From an uncultured Rhodospirillales bacterium (GTDB lineage Bacteria > Pseudomonadota > Alphaproteobacteria > CACIAM-22H2), in the NCBI GenBank assembly GCA_937926175.1, contig CALANV010000018.1, positions 128,621 through 192,620 on the forward strand: a stretch of 64,000 nucleotides of DNA, given 5' to 3'. The stretch's first letter is position 1. Each line of letters opens with the position of its first letter. The translations under genes were made by a program, and so were the position numbers. A model generated the notes under the pieces. That model was not told the origin of the DNA and did no database searches. It saw only the letters and a list, made by a program, of their open reading frames with translations. This document shows, piece by piece, positions 45,873-55,207 of the stretch.

Positions 45873-46508
45873 ATGCGGCTCTATTACTCGCCCGGCGCGT
45901 GCTCGCTCGCCGCCCACATCGCACTCGAGGATACTGGCACGCCGTTCGAGGTCGAATGCGTGTCGACAGCCGAGGGAGCGCACAAGAGGCCCGAATACCT
46001 CGCCATCAATCCCAAGGGCCGCGTACCGGCATTGGTCGACGGCGATTTCATCCTGACGGAACTCGTCGCGATCCTCTGCTACATCGCGCATGCGGTGCCA
46101 TCGGCCGACCTGATCCCGCTTCCCGGCAGCCGCGACCATGCGCGCGCGCTCGAATGGCTCTCGTGGCTTTCCAACACCGTGCATCCGGCATATGCGCAGA
46201 TCCGGCGGCCCGAGCGCTATGTCGCCGACGAGCGCGACTATCCGCCGGTCATCGAAAAGGGACGCATGAACCTGCGCGACAACTTCCGCATGATCGAGGA
46301 AAAGCTTCGCGACCGGACCTTTGCGCTGGGCGAGCGCTACTCGGTCGTCGATCCGTTCCTGCTCGTCCTCTACAACTGGGGCTGCGGCAAGTTCGCCGGC
46401 CTCGACATGCGCAACGATTTCCCGGCCTGGACCATGCATTTCGAGCGCATGAAGACCCGTCCCGCCGTGCAACGCGCGGTCGCGCGCGAGGGGATCACGC
46501 TTGCCTGA
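45873..46508 (+). CDS. glutathione S-transferase
   Basis: ATG 45873 gives MRLYYSPGACSLAAHIALEDTG...INPKGRVPALV, a typical GST N-terminal domain. 211 aa. Confidence 0.85.
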   Translation: MRLYYSPGACSLAAHIALEDTGTPFEVECVSTAEGAHKRPEYLAINPKGRVPALVDGDFILTELVAILCYIAHAVPSADLIPLPGSRDHARALEWLSWLSNTVHPAYAQIRRPERYVADERDYPPVIEKGRMNLRDNFRMIEEKLRDRTFALGERYSVVDPFLLVLYNWGCGKFAGLDMRNDFPAWTMHFERMKTRPAVQRAVAREGITLA

Positions 46509-46522
46509 CCGCGCAGGCGGCT

Positions 46523-47308
46523 TCAGATGCTTCGCGTGATGCCGCCGTCCATGTCGACGAGCGCGCCCTGGATGTAGTCGGCGCGCGCGCTGGCGAGGAA
46601 ACAGACGAGCTGGCCGATCTCCTCCGGCCGACCGAAGCGCGCCACGCCCAGCGCGGCGAGGTTGCGTCTGCGGGCCTCGTCTTCGCCGACACCGAGCTCG
46701 CGCGCCAGGGCCTCGAGGCGGGCCTTGAGCCGGTCGGTCTCGACCGATCCCGGATTGATGGCGTTGACGCGCACGCCGTCACGGATGCCGATCTGCGCCA
46801 ATGCCTTGGTGAAATTGTAGAGCGCGGCATTGACCGCGCCGCCGATGGTGAAATCGGGCGATGCGGTGCGGCCGCCGGCGCCGATGATGTTGACGATCGA
46901 TCCCCGACTCGACTTCAGATGCGGCCACGCCGCGCGCGACAGCCGCACATAGCCGTGGAACTTGAGCGCGAATCCGTCGACGAAGTCGTCGTCGGACAGC
47001 GCGAAGAAGTCGCCGCGTCTGGTGGCGCCCGCATTGTTGACGACGATGTCGATCCGCCCGAACGCGCCGATCGCCGCATCGACGAGGGCTGCGATGCCGT
47101 CCGCCGCCCGCAGATCACGGGCCACCGCGACGACGCGCCGGCCATGGTTTCGTTCGATCTCGTCCGCGAGTTCTTTCAGACGGTCGGCGCTTCGCGCCGC
47201 GGCGACGATGTCGCAGCCTTCCTTTGCGAGTTCGACGGCGACGGCGCGTCCGATGCCGCCGCTTGCCCCCGTCACGACGGCGATCTTGTCCTTCAGCCCG
47301 AGATCCAT
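46523..47308 (-). CDS. SDR family oxidoreductase
   Basis: ATG 47308 gives MDLGLKDKIAVVTGASGGIGRAV (TGxxxGxG). The NNAG motif is present. Confidence 0.85.
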   Translation of the reverse strand: MDLGLKDKIAVVTGASGGIGRAVAVELAKEGCDIVAAARSADRLKELADEIERNHGRRVVAVARDLRAADGIAALVDAAIGAFGRIDIVVNNAGATRRGDFFALSDDDFVDGFALKFHGYVRLSRAAWPHLKSSRGSIVNIIGAGGRTASPDFTIGGAVNAALYNFTKALAQIGIRDGVRVNAINPGSVETDRLKARLEALARELGVGEDEARRRNLAALGVARFGRPEEIGQLVCFLASARADYIQGALVDMDGGITRSI

Positions 47309-47445
47309 GCGCTTCCCCCGATCGACGTGATCATCCGCCAAGGTGGCCGACGATGCCGATAGGCCGCGCCGGCATGTTTGACAAGCACAGGCCGGCCGCA
47401 CAAAACAGCCATGGATGCAGCGACAGCACGATGGAGGAAGTGCGC

Positions 47446-47829
47446 ATGCGGATCTGGCTCGTGCTTGCGGCCATCAACGGGATCGTCGGCGTCGGTCTCG
47501 GCGCCATCGGCTCGCACGTGCTGCGTGGAACGCTCACGCCGGAGCGTTTCGGCTGGCTCGAGACCGGATTACGCTATCACATGTGGCATGCGCTCGCCCT
47601 GCTCGCCGTCGCGATCCTGATCGGACTCGCCGGCGAACAGCGGTCGGGTCCGGCGCTGCGGATCGCCGCGTGGTGCTTCCTCGGCGGAATGGTGCTGTTC
47701 AGCGGCGGGCTCTACCTGATGGCGCTCGCGGGCCTGCGCTCGCTTGGTCCCATCGTGCCGACGGGCGGCCTGCTGTTCATCGCCGGCTGGATCGCGCTCG
47801 CGGTCTACGGCTTCAGTCTGCGGCAGTAG
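47446..47829 (+). CDS. DUF423 domain membrane protein (YgdD-like)
   Basis: ATG 47446 follows GGAGGAAG. 127 aa, 4 TM, with GAIGSHVL and YHMWHALALL motifs. Confidence 0.75.
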   Translation: MRIWLVLAAINGIVGVGLGAIGSHVLRGTLTPERFGWLETGLRYHMWHALALLAVAILIGLAGEQRSGPALRIAAWCFLGGMVLFSGGLYLMALAGLRSLGPIVPTGGLLFIAGWIALAVYGFSLRQ

Positions 47830-47837
47830 CTGAACGG

Positions 47838-48236
47838 TCAGTTCGGCCGGACCAAAACGATCTCGTCCTCGGCCGGGACATGGGCGGTCGGTCCGGCCTG
47901 ATGGTGGACGATTTTCCACGTGCGTCCGTCGCGCCGGAACACGTTGGTGGCGACGAGAAAGTTGCCGGAAATTTCCTCGTAGCAGATGACGAAGGCGACA
48001 TCGCCCATGACGACGGCGCGCGGCTGCCGGCAGGTGACCTGCGGCGCATTGTCGCTGGTCAGGATGCGGCGCCAGCTTTCCAGCACGTCATGGCGGGTCG
48101 TCAGCGCGCCCCAGCCGGGGTGAATGCAGGCAACCGGGTCGTCCGCCCAAAGCGCCTGCATGCCGGCGACGTCGCGGTCGGTAAAGGCGCGATAGAACAG
48201 CTCATTGACAAACAGGACGGCATCGCGTTCGGACAT
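47838..48236 (-). CDS. NTF2/SnoaL-like (DUF4440-type) protein
   Basis: 132 aa starting at MSERDAVLFVNELFYRAFTDRDVAGMQALWADD. The ORF track extends upstream to 48467. Confidence 0.7.
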   Translation of the reverse strand: MSERDAVLFVNELFYRAFTDRDVAGMQALWADDPVACIHPGWGALTTRHDVLESWRRILTSDNAPQVTCRQPRAVVMGDVAFVICYEEISGNFLVATNVFRRDGRTWKIVHHQAGPTAHVPAEDEIVLVRPN

Positions 48237-48447
48237 GGCGGCGATTATAGAGTCCCGCCACGATGCCGCGCCAGCGCCGGGCGATGATGCCGAGCGGGCG
48301 ATGACGCACCGAACGAGTTCCTGAAACGCCCGGCCCGGCCGGGCGCCGAGCACCCTCGCAATTCGTTCACGCGGCGCGGGATTCTCCCTCGCAAACCACG
48401 CTTGCCTTTGCCATCCGTGCGCACCATTCTCTGCGTTCAAAATTACA

Positions 48448-49467
48448 ATGGAGCGAACGCTGATCACGACCTCGGGCGCAAGCGGCCGTAACGATGCCCA
48501 TGTCGCGCGCCTCCTCGAGCTCTATCGGACGATGGCGCGTATCCGCGCCTTCGAGGAAGCGGCCGAGGCCGCCGTCGGTGCCGGCCTGGTAAAGGGCGTC
48601 GTTCACCTGTCGACCGGCCAGGAGGCCGTGGCGGCGGGCGTGTGCCTCAACCTGACGCGCACGGACCTGATCACCTCGACCCATCGCGGCCATGGCCACA
48701 CGCTGGCCAAGGGTGCCGATCCTCGGTCGATGATGTGCGAGCTGTTCGGACGCGCGAGCGGCATATGCGGCGGCAAGGGCGGCTCGATGCACATCGCCGA
48801 TTTCGGGATCGGCATGCTGGGCGCGAACGGTGTCGTCGCGGCCGGCATTCCGATCGCCGTCGGCGCCGCGCACGCGATGAAACTGAGCGGCGAAGACCGC
48901 ATCGTGGTCTGTTTCTTCGGTGACGGCGCGATCAACCGCGGTCCGTTTCTCGAGGGGCTCAACTGGGCCAAGGCATACGGCCTTCCGGTCCTTTTCGTGT
49001 GCGAGGACAACCAGTATTCGGCCACGACCTGCACCGCACAGGTCTCGGCCGGGGCGGGCCCGCTCGCCCGCGCCCGGGCTATCGGACTCGACGGCCTCGA
49101 GGTGGACGGCAACGACGTCGTCGCCGTGGATCGCGCGGCCGGCGAACTGATCCGGCGCGTTCGCGCCGGCGAGGGGCCGATGCTCCTGCACGCCAGGACC
49201 TACCGGATCAAGGGCCATACCTCCTCGGACCCGGGCGCCTATCGCAGCCCGGATGAGCTCGCCGCCCAGATCGCGCGCGATCCGCTGCAGCGTGCGGCCC
49301 GGATGCTCGTCGAGCTGGGCGTCCAGCCGGATGCGATCCAGGCGATCGAACGCGCGGCCAAGGACGAGATCGACGCCGCCTATGCCGCGGCCGCGGCGGC
49401 ACCTTGGCCGGAAGCCATGCACGCCTTCAGCGACGTGCAGGATGTCGGAGCCGGCCAATGGCGGTGA
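48448..49467 (+). CDS. thiamine diphosphate-dependent 2-oxo acid/acetoin dehydrogenase E1 component, alpha subunit
   Basis: 339 aa with HLSTGQEAVAAG, HRGHGH and the ThDP motif GDGAINRGPFLEGLNWA. Confidence 0.85.
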   Translation: MERTLITTSGASGRNDAHVARLLELYRTMARIRAFEEAAEAAVGAGLVKGVVHLSTGQEAVAAGVCLNLTRTDLITSTHRGHGHTLAKGADPRSMMCELFGRASGICGGKGGSMHIADFGIGMLGANGVVAAGIPIAVGAAHAMKLSGEDRIVVCFFGDGAINRGPFLEGLNWAKAYGLPVLFVCEDNQYSATTCTAQVSAGAGPLARARAIGLDGLEVDGNDVVAVDRAAGELIRRVRAGEGPMLLHARTYRIKGHTSSDPGAYRSPDELAAQIARDPLQRAARMLVELGVQPDAIQAIERAAKDEIDAAYAAAAAAPWPEAMHAFSDVQDVGAGQWR

Positions 49468-50456
49468 TGACCTACGCCGAAGCGGCGCGGCAAGCGCTGC
49501 GCGACGCGATGCGGCGCGATCCGCGCGTGGTGGCCATAGGTGAGGATCTGGGCCGCGGCGGCGTGTTCGGACAGTACAAGGGACTGCAGCAGGAATTCGG
49601 CGCGCATCGCATCATCGATACGCCGATCTCCGAGGCGACCATCGTCGGCGCCGCCGTGGGCATGGCACTGGTTGGCCATCGCCCGGTCGTGGAGATGCGG
49701 ATCGCCGATTTCGCGTTGTGCGCGGCCGACGAGCTGGTCAATCAGGGCGCGAAGGCCCGGTACATGTTCGGCGGCCAGGGGCGCGTCCCGCTGGTCGTGC
49801 GCCAGCCGATCGGGATCTGGACCGGTTTCGCCGCGCAGCACTCGCAGTCGCTCGAGGCCTGGTACGTGCATGTGCCGGGCTTCGTCGTGGTGGCGCCGTC
49901 GACGCCGGCCGACAACTACGCACTGCTTTCGGCGGCGATCCGCTGCGACGATCCCGTCATCTACATGGAGCACAAGGAGCTGTGGGCGACGAGCGGCGAC
50001 GTACCCGACGGATACGACGCCGCGCTCGGCAAGGCGCGCATCGCGCGCCCGGGTAACGACCTTACCATCGTCACGTGGTCGAAGGCCGTGCACCTCGCCC
50101 TCGAAGCGGCCGACGCCGCCGCGCGGGACGGCCTGTCCGTGGAAGTGATCGATCTTCGTACGCTGTGGCCCTGGGACCGCGAGACCGTATTCGCCTCGGT
50201 AGCGCGGACCGGCCGGCTGCTCGTCGTGCACGAGGCCGTCCAGGCTGCCGGGTTCGGCGCCGAGATCGCCGCCACCGTGGCCGAATGTCTCGACGGCGAG
50301 CTGGTGGCGCCGGTGCGGCGGCTGGGCGCGCCGCGCATCCCCGTCCCGTACGCGCCGCCGCTCGAGGATGCGGCGCGCATCACGGCCGAACAGATCCTTG
50401 CCGCCGCCCGGCAAACCGTCGCGGCGACGCGGCGCCGGCGCTCCGCCGCCGAGTAG
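49458..50456 (+). CDS. E1 component, beta subunit
   Basis: MAVMTYAEAARQALRDAMRRDPRVVAIGEDLG...DTPISEA. It overlaps the alpha-subunit stop; ATG 49467 is an alternative start. Confidence 0.85.
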   Translation: MAVMTYAEAARQALRDAMRRDPRVVAIGEDLGRGGVFGQYKGLQQEFGAHRIIDTPISEATIVGAAVGMALVGHRPVVEMRIADFALCAADELVNQGAKARYMFGGQGRVPLVVRQPIGIWTGFAAQHSQSLEAWYVHVPGFVVVAPSTPADNYALLSAAIRCDDPVIYMEHKELWATSGDVPDGYDAALGKARIARPGNDLTIVTWSKAVHLALEAADAAARDGLSVEVIDLRTLWPWDRETVFASVARTGRLLVVHEAVQAAGFGAEIAATVAECLDGELVAPVRRLGAPRIPVPYAPPLEDAARITAEQILAAARQTVAATRRRRSAAE

Positions 50457-50512
50457 GCCCGCAAGGAGGCGTTCGTTCAACAAGTCCGACCAAGAAGCAA
50501 GGAGCCAGGGAT

Positions 50513-51532
50513 ATGAAACGCAGAACAGTTCTTGCCGCATTGGCCGCGATCGGCATGATCACCGCCGTTCCCGCCGGGGCGCAGACCTACAAACCCGAGT
50601 ACAAGCTGTCGACCGTCGTCGGCACGCCGTTCCCGTGGGGCATCGCCGGCGAACGCTGGGGAGAGCTGGTGCGGGAACGCACCCAAGGCCGCATCAACAT
50701 CAAGATGTATCCGGGTGCTGCGCTCGTGGGCGGCGACCAGACGCGCGAGTTCACGGCGCTGCGGCAGGGAGCGATCGACCTGGCGATCGGTTCCACGATC
50801 AACTGGTCGCCGCAGATCAAGGAGCTCAACCTCTTTTCGCTCCCCTTCCTGATGCCGGACTACAAGGCGATCGACGCGCTGACGCAGGGCGAGGTCGGCA
50901 AGCAGCTGTTCGAGATCATCGAGAAGCGCGGCGCGATCCCGCTGGCCTGGGGCGAGAACGGCTTCCGCGAGGTCTCGAACTCCAAGCATCCCATCAAGTC
51001 GCCCGCGGACATGAAGGGCCTCAAGTTCCGCGTCGTCGGCTCGCCGCTGTTCAACGACACGTTCACCGCGCTCGGCGCCAACCCGACGCAGATGAGCTGG
51101 GCCGATGCGCAGCCCGCGCTCTCGACCGGCGCGGTCGACGGCCAGGAGAATCCGTTGACGATCTTCACGGCCGCAAAACTGCATACGGTGGGACAGAAAT
51201 ACGTGACCCTGTGGGGCTACGTCGCCGACCCGCTGGTCTTCGTCGTCAATCCCGACGTGTGGAAGAGCTGGACGGAGGAAGACCGCAAGATCGTGCGTGA
51301 AGCAGCGATCCAGGCCGCCAAGGAGAACATCGAGCTCGCGCGCAAGGGCCTGATCCCGCCTGACGACAGCACGATCAAGGAGATCGAGAAGCTGGGCGTG
51401 ACCGTCACGCGCCTCTCGGATGCCGAGCTCGATGCGTTCCGCAAAGCGACCCGGCCCGTCTTCGACAAATGGGCGCAGCAGATCGGACCCGAGCTCGTGA
51501 AGAAGGCGGAAGCCGCGATCGCCAACCGCTGA
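50513..51532 (+). CDS. TRAP transporter substrate-binding protein (DctP family)
   Basis: ATG 50513 follows AAGGAG. Signal peptide MKRRTVLAALAAIGMITAVPAGAQ. 339 aa. Confidence 0.85.
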   Translation: MKRRTVLAALAAIGMITAVPAGAQTYKPEYKLSTVVGTPFPWGIAGERWGELVRERTQGRINIKMYPGAALVGGDQTREFTALRQGAIDLAIGSTINWSPQIKELNLFSLPFLMPDYKAIDALTQGEVGKQLFEIIEKRGAIPLAWGENGFREVSNSKHPIKSPADMKGLKFRVVGSPLFNDTFTALGANPTQMSWADAQPALSTGAVDGQENPLTIFTAAKLHTVGQKYVTLWGYVADPLVFVVNPDVWKSWTEEDRKIVREAAIQAAKENIELARKGLIPPDDSTIKEIEKLGVTVTRLSDAELDAFRKATRPVFDKWAQQIGPELVKKAEAAIANR

Positions 51533-51544
51533 GTCCGTAACCCG

Positions 51545-51571
51545 GGGCGCCGCCGGTCACCGGCGGCGCCC
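51545..51571 (+). terminator. stem-loop between the dctP-like and dctQ-like genes
   Basis: GGGCGCCGCCGG-TCA-CCGGCGGCGCCC, a perfect 12-bp stem followed by GCTTCGTTC, 13 nt after the SBP stop. Confidence 0.5.
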
Positions 51572-51589
51572 GCTTCGTTCAAGAAAGCG

Positions 51590-52096
51590 ATGACCGACTT
51601 GCCCGAAGCCGAATCGCGAATTCCCGAAACACCGCCGCGGATCCCGATCAAGTTCGAACAGTTCTTCGCCGCGATGGCGATGGCGCTCCTGTGCTGCATC
51701 ACCTTCGCCAACGTCATCGCGCGCTATCTCACCAATTACTCCTTCGCCTTCACCGAGGAGTATTCCGTATTCCTGATGGTGGTGCTGACGTTCTTCGGCA
51801 GCGCTGCGGCGTTCGCGGCCAACCGGCATATCCGGATGACGTTCCTCGTCGACCGCCTGCCCGTCCGTCTCGCTCGGCCGGTCGAATACCTAGTCCTGGC
51901 GCTGTCGGTGATCATGTTCGGCATGCTCGTCTGGTACGGCGCCTGGATCACGTGGGACGATTATGAATTCGAGACGACGTCGCCGGGCCTCGGCGTGCCG
52001 CAGTGGTGGTACACGATCTGGCTGCCGATTCTCTCCGCCCTGATCGTCGCCCGGATCCTCGGGCGCATCTGGCGCATCGCGCGGGCCGCCCGCTGA
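51590..52096 (+). CDS. TRAP transporter small permease (DctQ family)
   Basis: 168 aa, 4 TM, located between the DctP and DctM genes. Confidence 0.8.
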   Translation: MTDLPEAESRIPETPPRIPIKFEQFFAAMAMALLCCITFANVIARYLTNYSFAFTEEYSVFLMVVLTFFGSAAAFAANRHIRMTFLVDRLPVRLARPVEYLVLALSVIMFGMLVWYGAWITWDDYEFETTSPGLGVPQWWYTIWLPILSALIVARILGRIWRIARAAR

Positions 52097-53388
52097 TGTT
52101 GCTCGAGGGCAGCATTCTCCTCTTCGTCGGTTTCGCCGTCCTGCTTGCGCTCGGCGCGCCGCTCGCCGTCGCCCTCGGCATCACGGGAACGGTCGTGATC
52201 CTGGTCGAAGGACTCGGGATCATGTCCGTGCCCACCAACACCTACACGGGCATCGCGAAGTACCCGCTTCTCGCGCTGCCGGTATTCGTGCTGGCGGGCA
52301 TGATCTTCGAGCGCGCCGGCGTGGCGCTGCGTCTCGTCAAATTCGCCTCGGCGCTGGTCGGCCCGCGCCGCGGCGGACTCGGCGTCGTCGCCGTCCTCGT
52401 CTGCATGGTGCTCGGCGGCATTTCCGGCTCCGGCCCGGCCGATGCGGCCGCGGTCGCGATGGTCATGATTCCGAGCATGGTGAAGCAGGGCTATCCGAAG
52501 GCGTTTTCGGCCAGCCTGATCGCGGCGGCTGGCGCCACCGCAATCCTGATCCCGCCCTCGATCGCCTTCATCGTCTACGGCGTGCTGGTACCGGGCGCGT
52601 CGGTGCCGGCGCTGTTCGCGGCCGGCATCGTGCCCGGGCTTCTCGCCAATCTTGCCCTGATCATCCCGACGCTGATCTTCGCGCGCCGGCACGGTTTCGG
52701 CGCCGATGTCGACGGCGAACGGCCACCGGTCTGGACGAGCTTCAAGGAAGCAAGCTGGGGGCTGCTGGCGCCGGTCATCATCCTCGGCGGTCTCAGGACC
52801 GGCGCCTTCACGCCGACGGAGGCGGCGGTGGTGGCCGCCTTTTACGGCCTGTTCGTCGGCGTGTTCATCTACCGCACGCTGACCCTCCGCAAGCTCTACG
52901 AGGTTCTGGTCGATTCGGCCGAAATCTCGGCCATCGTCATGATCATCATCGCGCTCGCCAGCGTGTTCGCGCATGCCGGTTCGACGCTCGGCGCCTTCGA
53001 TGCGTTCGCGCACGGGCTCGTTCAGCTGACGCAGAACGAGACGGTCATGCTGCTGCTGATCACGGCAATGCTGCTGGTCGCCGGCATGCTGCTCGACGCC
53101 GTGTCGATCTTTCTGATCTTCCTGCCGATTCTCGTGCCGATCGCAAAGACGTTCGGCTGGGACCTGGTATGGTTCGGCGTGATCTTGACCATGAACATGG
53201 CCATCGGCCAGTTCACGCCGCCCATGGCGGTGAATCTGATGGTGACGACGAAGATCGCCGGAATCCCGGTGGAATCGACAGTACCGTGGGTGGTGTGGTT
53301 CGTCGCGGCAATGCTCGTCGCATTGCTGCTGGTGACCTTCATACCCGGGCTTGCGCTCTGGCTGCCCGACGTACTGGGCTATCAATAG
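52096..53388 (+). CDS. TRAP transporter large permease (DctM family)
   Basis: ATG 52096 overlaps the upstream stop (TGATG). MLLEGSILLFVGFAVLLALGAPLAVALG. 430 aa. Confidence 0.85.
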   Translation: MLLEGSILLFVGFAVLLALGAPLAVALGITGTVVILVEGLGIMSVPTNTYTGIAKYPLLALPVFVLAGMIFERAGVALRLVKFASALVGPRRGGLGVVAVLVCMVLGGISGSGPADAAAVAMVMIPSMVKQGYPKAFSASLIAAAGATAILIPPSIAFIVYGVLVPGASVPALFAAGIVPGLLANLALIIPTLIFARRHGFGADVDGERPPVWTSFKEASWGLLAPVIILGGLRTGAFTPTEAAVVAAFYGLFVGVFIYRTLTLRKLYEVLVDSAEISAIVMIIIALASVFAHAGSTLGAFDAFAHGLVQLTQNETVMLLLITAMLLVAGMLLDAVSIFLIFLPILVPIAKTFGWDLVWFGVILTMNMAIGQFTPPMAVNLMVTTKIAGIPVESTVPWVVWFVAAMLVALLLVTFIPGLALWLPDVLGYQ

Positions 53389-53424
53389 CCGGATGTCGCG
53401 GCGGCGACATCCGGCCGTGCAGAC

Positions 53425-53577
53425 CTACTTGCGCAGTTCCTGCGCCGTGTCGATCAGCATCAGCACAAAGCCGATCCCGGCCACCACCCAGAAGGGCAGA
53501 TGCGCGATCTTGATGCCGTAAAACCCCAAATAGATCGCGAAGAACAATACGGCAATGGCCGCCAGTACGAAATGCAC
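53425..53577 (-). CDS. 50-aa two-TM membrane protein
   Basis: GTG 53577 lies 7 nt after GGGAGG. VHFVLAAIAVLFFAIYLGFYGIKIAHLPFWVVAGIGFVLMLIDTAQELRK. The ORF-track version (53425..53775) has an implausible N-terminal extension. Confidence 0.5.
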   Translation of the reverse strand: MHFVLAAIAVLFFAIYLGFYGIKIAHLPFWVVAGIGFVLMLIDTAQELRK

Positions 53578-53931
53578 GCTTGAACCTCCCTGCGAATAAA
53601 TCTCCCTGCGACCCGGCTGGCCGGCCGGCTGATCCAATGTGTTACGGCCGATGCGCCCGGATCGTCCGCCATGTTCTTGATCCAGTCTAGCAGGGCTCGT
53701 CAGACGATACCACGGCTGGACATCCCCGGTGGCGGCCAACGACGGACCTCGGGGCGCTCGCCATCGTGTCGCCAAGCCACCCTTGCCTTTATGCCCGGGG
53801 ATAGGGCAAATTTCGCGGGCCCTCGTCAGAAAGGGTGATCTCGCGGGGTGAATGAGCCGTCCTCAGACGGGCGGGAATTCAGGATAGCCCGCGGCTGTTT
53901 AATAGACGACGTAGCGGAGGAGGATACGCTC

Positions 53932-55074
53932 ATGACGGATCTCAAGAAAAACAGATCAGGTCGGGCCAAGAGCCGGCGCTCGTTCCTGAAGGCGACGGCA
54001 GCCGGCACCGTTGCGGCAGCCGCCGGGTCGATTGCCGCACCGAATATCTCCCGTGCCCAGACAATCACCTGGCGTTTCCAGAGCACGTGGCCCCAGAAGG
54101 ACATCTTCCACGAGTTCGCGCAGGACTACGTCAAGCGCGTGAACGAGATGTCGGGTGGGCGTCTGCGCCTCGAGCTGCTCGCGGCCGGCGCGGTCGTCGG
54201 CGCATTCCAGATGCAGGATGCGGTGCATGCCGGCGTGCTGGACGGCGGCCACGGCGTGGCTGCCTACTGGTACGGCAAGCACAAGGCATTCTCGCTGTTC
54301 GGCACGCAGCCGCCGGTCATCCCCGACGCCAACCAGCTGCTCGGCTGGTTCTACTACGGGGGCGGTGAGCAGTTCTACAACGAGCTCGTGCAGGACATAC
54401 TGAAGCTCAATATCGTCGGCTTCCTGACCGGCCCCATGCCGACACAGCCGCTCGGCTGGTTCAAGCAGGAGATCACGAGCCCCGACCAGCTGAAGAACCT
54501 CAAATACCGTACGGTCGGCCTGTCCGCGGACCTGTTCAAGGAGCTCGGCTCCGCGGTGACCATCCTGCCGGGAGGCGAAATCGTGCCGGCGATCGACCGC
54601 GGCCTGATCGACGGTGCGGAGTTCAACAACCCTTCGTCCGACCGCGCCCTGGGATTCCCCGACGTATCGAAGATCTTCATGATCCAGAGCTTCCACCAGC
54701 GGGCGGAATGCTTCGAGATCATCTTCAACAAGAGCAAATACGACGCCCTGCCGGCCGAGCTGAAGGCGATCGTTCGCTACGCGGCTGAAGCGGCATCGTC
54801 GGACATGTCCTGGAAGGCGCAAGACCGCTACTCCAAGGATCTGGAGGCGATGAAGAAGGAGCAGGGCGTCAAGGCCATACAGACGCCGAAGGCCGTACTC
54901 GAGGCGCAGCTCGCCGCCTGGGACCGGTTGCTTCCGGAGCTCACCAAGGATCCCTTCTTCAACAAGGTGTACGAGTCGCAGAAGGCGTGGGCGCAGCGCG
55001 TCACCGGCTTCTTCCTCGAGTACGACGCGCCGGTGGAAATGGCCTACAACCACTACTTCCCGAAGCGCGGATAA
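53932..55074 (+). CDS. TRAP transporter substrate-binding protein (DctP-like, Tat signal)
   Basis: ATG 53932 follows GGAGGAGGA. MTDLKKNRSGRAKSRRSFLKATAAGTVAAAAGSIAAPNISRAQ. 380 aa. Confidence 0.8.
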   Translation: MTDLKKNRSGRAKSRRSFLKATAAGTVAAAAGSIAAPNISRAQTITWRFQSTWPQKDIFHEFAQDYVKRVNEMSGGRLRLELLAAGAVVGAFQMQDAVHAGVLDGGHGVAAYWYGKHKAFSLFGTQPPVIPDANQLLGWFYYGGGEQFYNELVQDILKLNIVGFLTGPMPTQPLGWFKQEITSPDQLKNLKYRTVGLSADLFKELGSAVTILPGGEIVPAIDRGLIDGAEFNNPSSDRALGFPDVSKIFMIQSFHQRAECFEIIFNKSKYDALPAELKAIVRYAAEAASSDMSWKAQDRYSKDLEAMKKEQGVKAIQTPKAVLEAQLAAWDRLLPELTKDPFFNKVYESQKAWAQRVTGFFLEYDAPVEMAYNHYFPKRG

Positions 55075-55118
55075 TCGCAAACATTTGCCTCATCTTCGAC
55101 AAGAACTCAGATCAACTG

Positions 55119-55145
55119 ACGGGGCGGCGCGATGCGCCGCCCCGT
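55119..55145 (+). terminator. stem-loop after the second TRAP SBP gene
   Basis: ACGGGGCGGCGC-GAT-GCGCCGCCCCGT, a perfect 12-bp stem with no U-tract. Confidence 0.45.
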
Positions 55146-55207
55146 AACTACGTGAAGACCACTTTCCTGCACGACGGGACAGCATCCGAGGGGGCTTGGG
55201 AGGCAAC

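Noticed and set aside
48448-50456. Naming the E1 pair pdhA/pdhB or acoA/acoB
   Set aside because: There is no E2/E3 or aco partner in the window, and substrate specificity cannot be read from the motifs, so no gene symbols were assigned.
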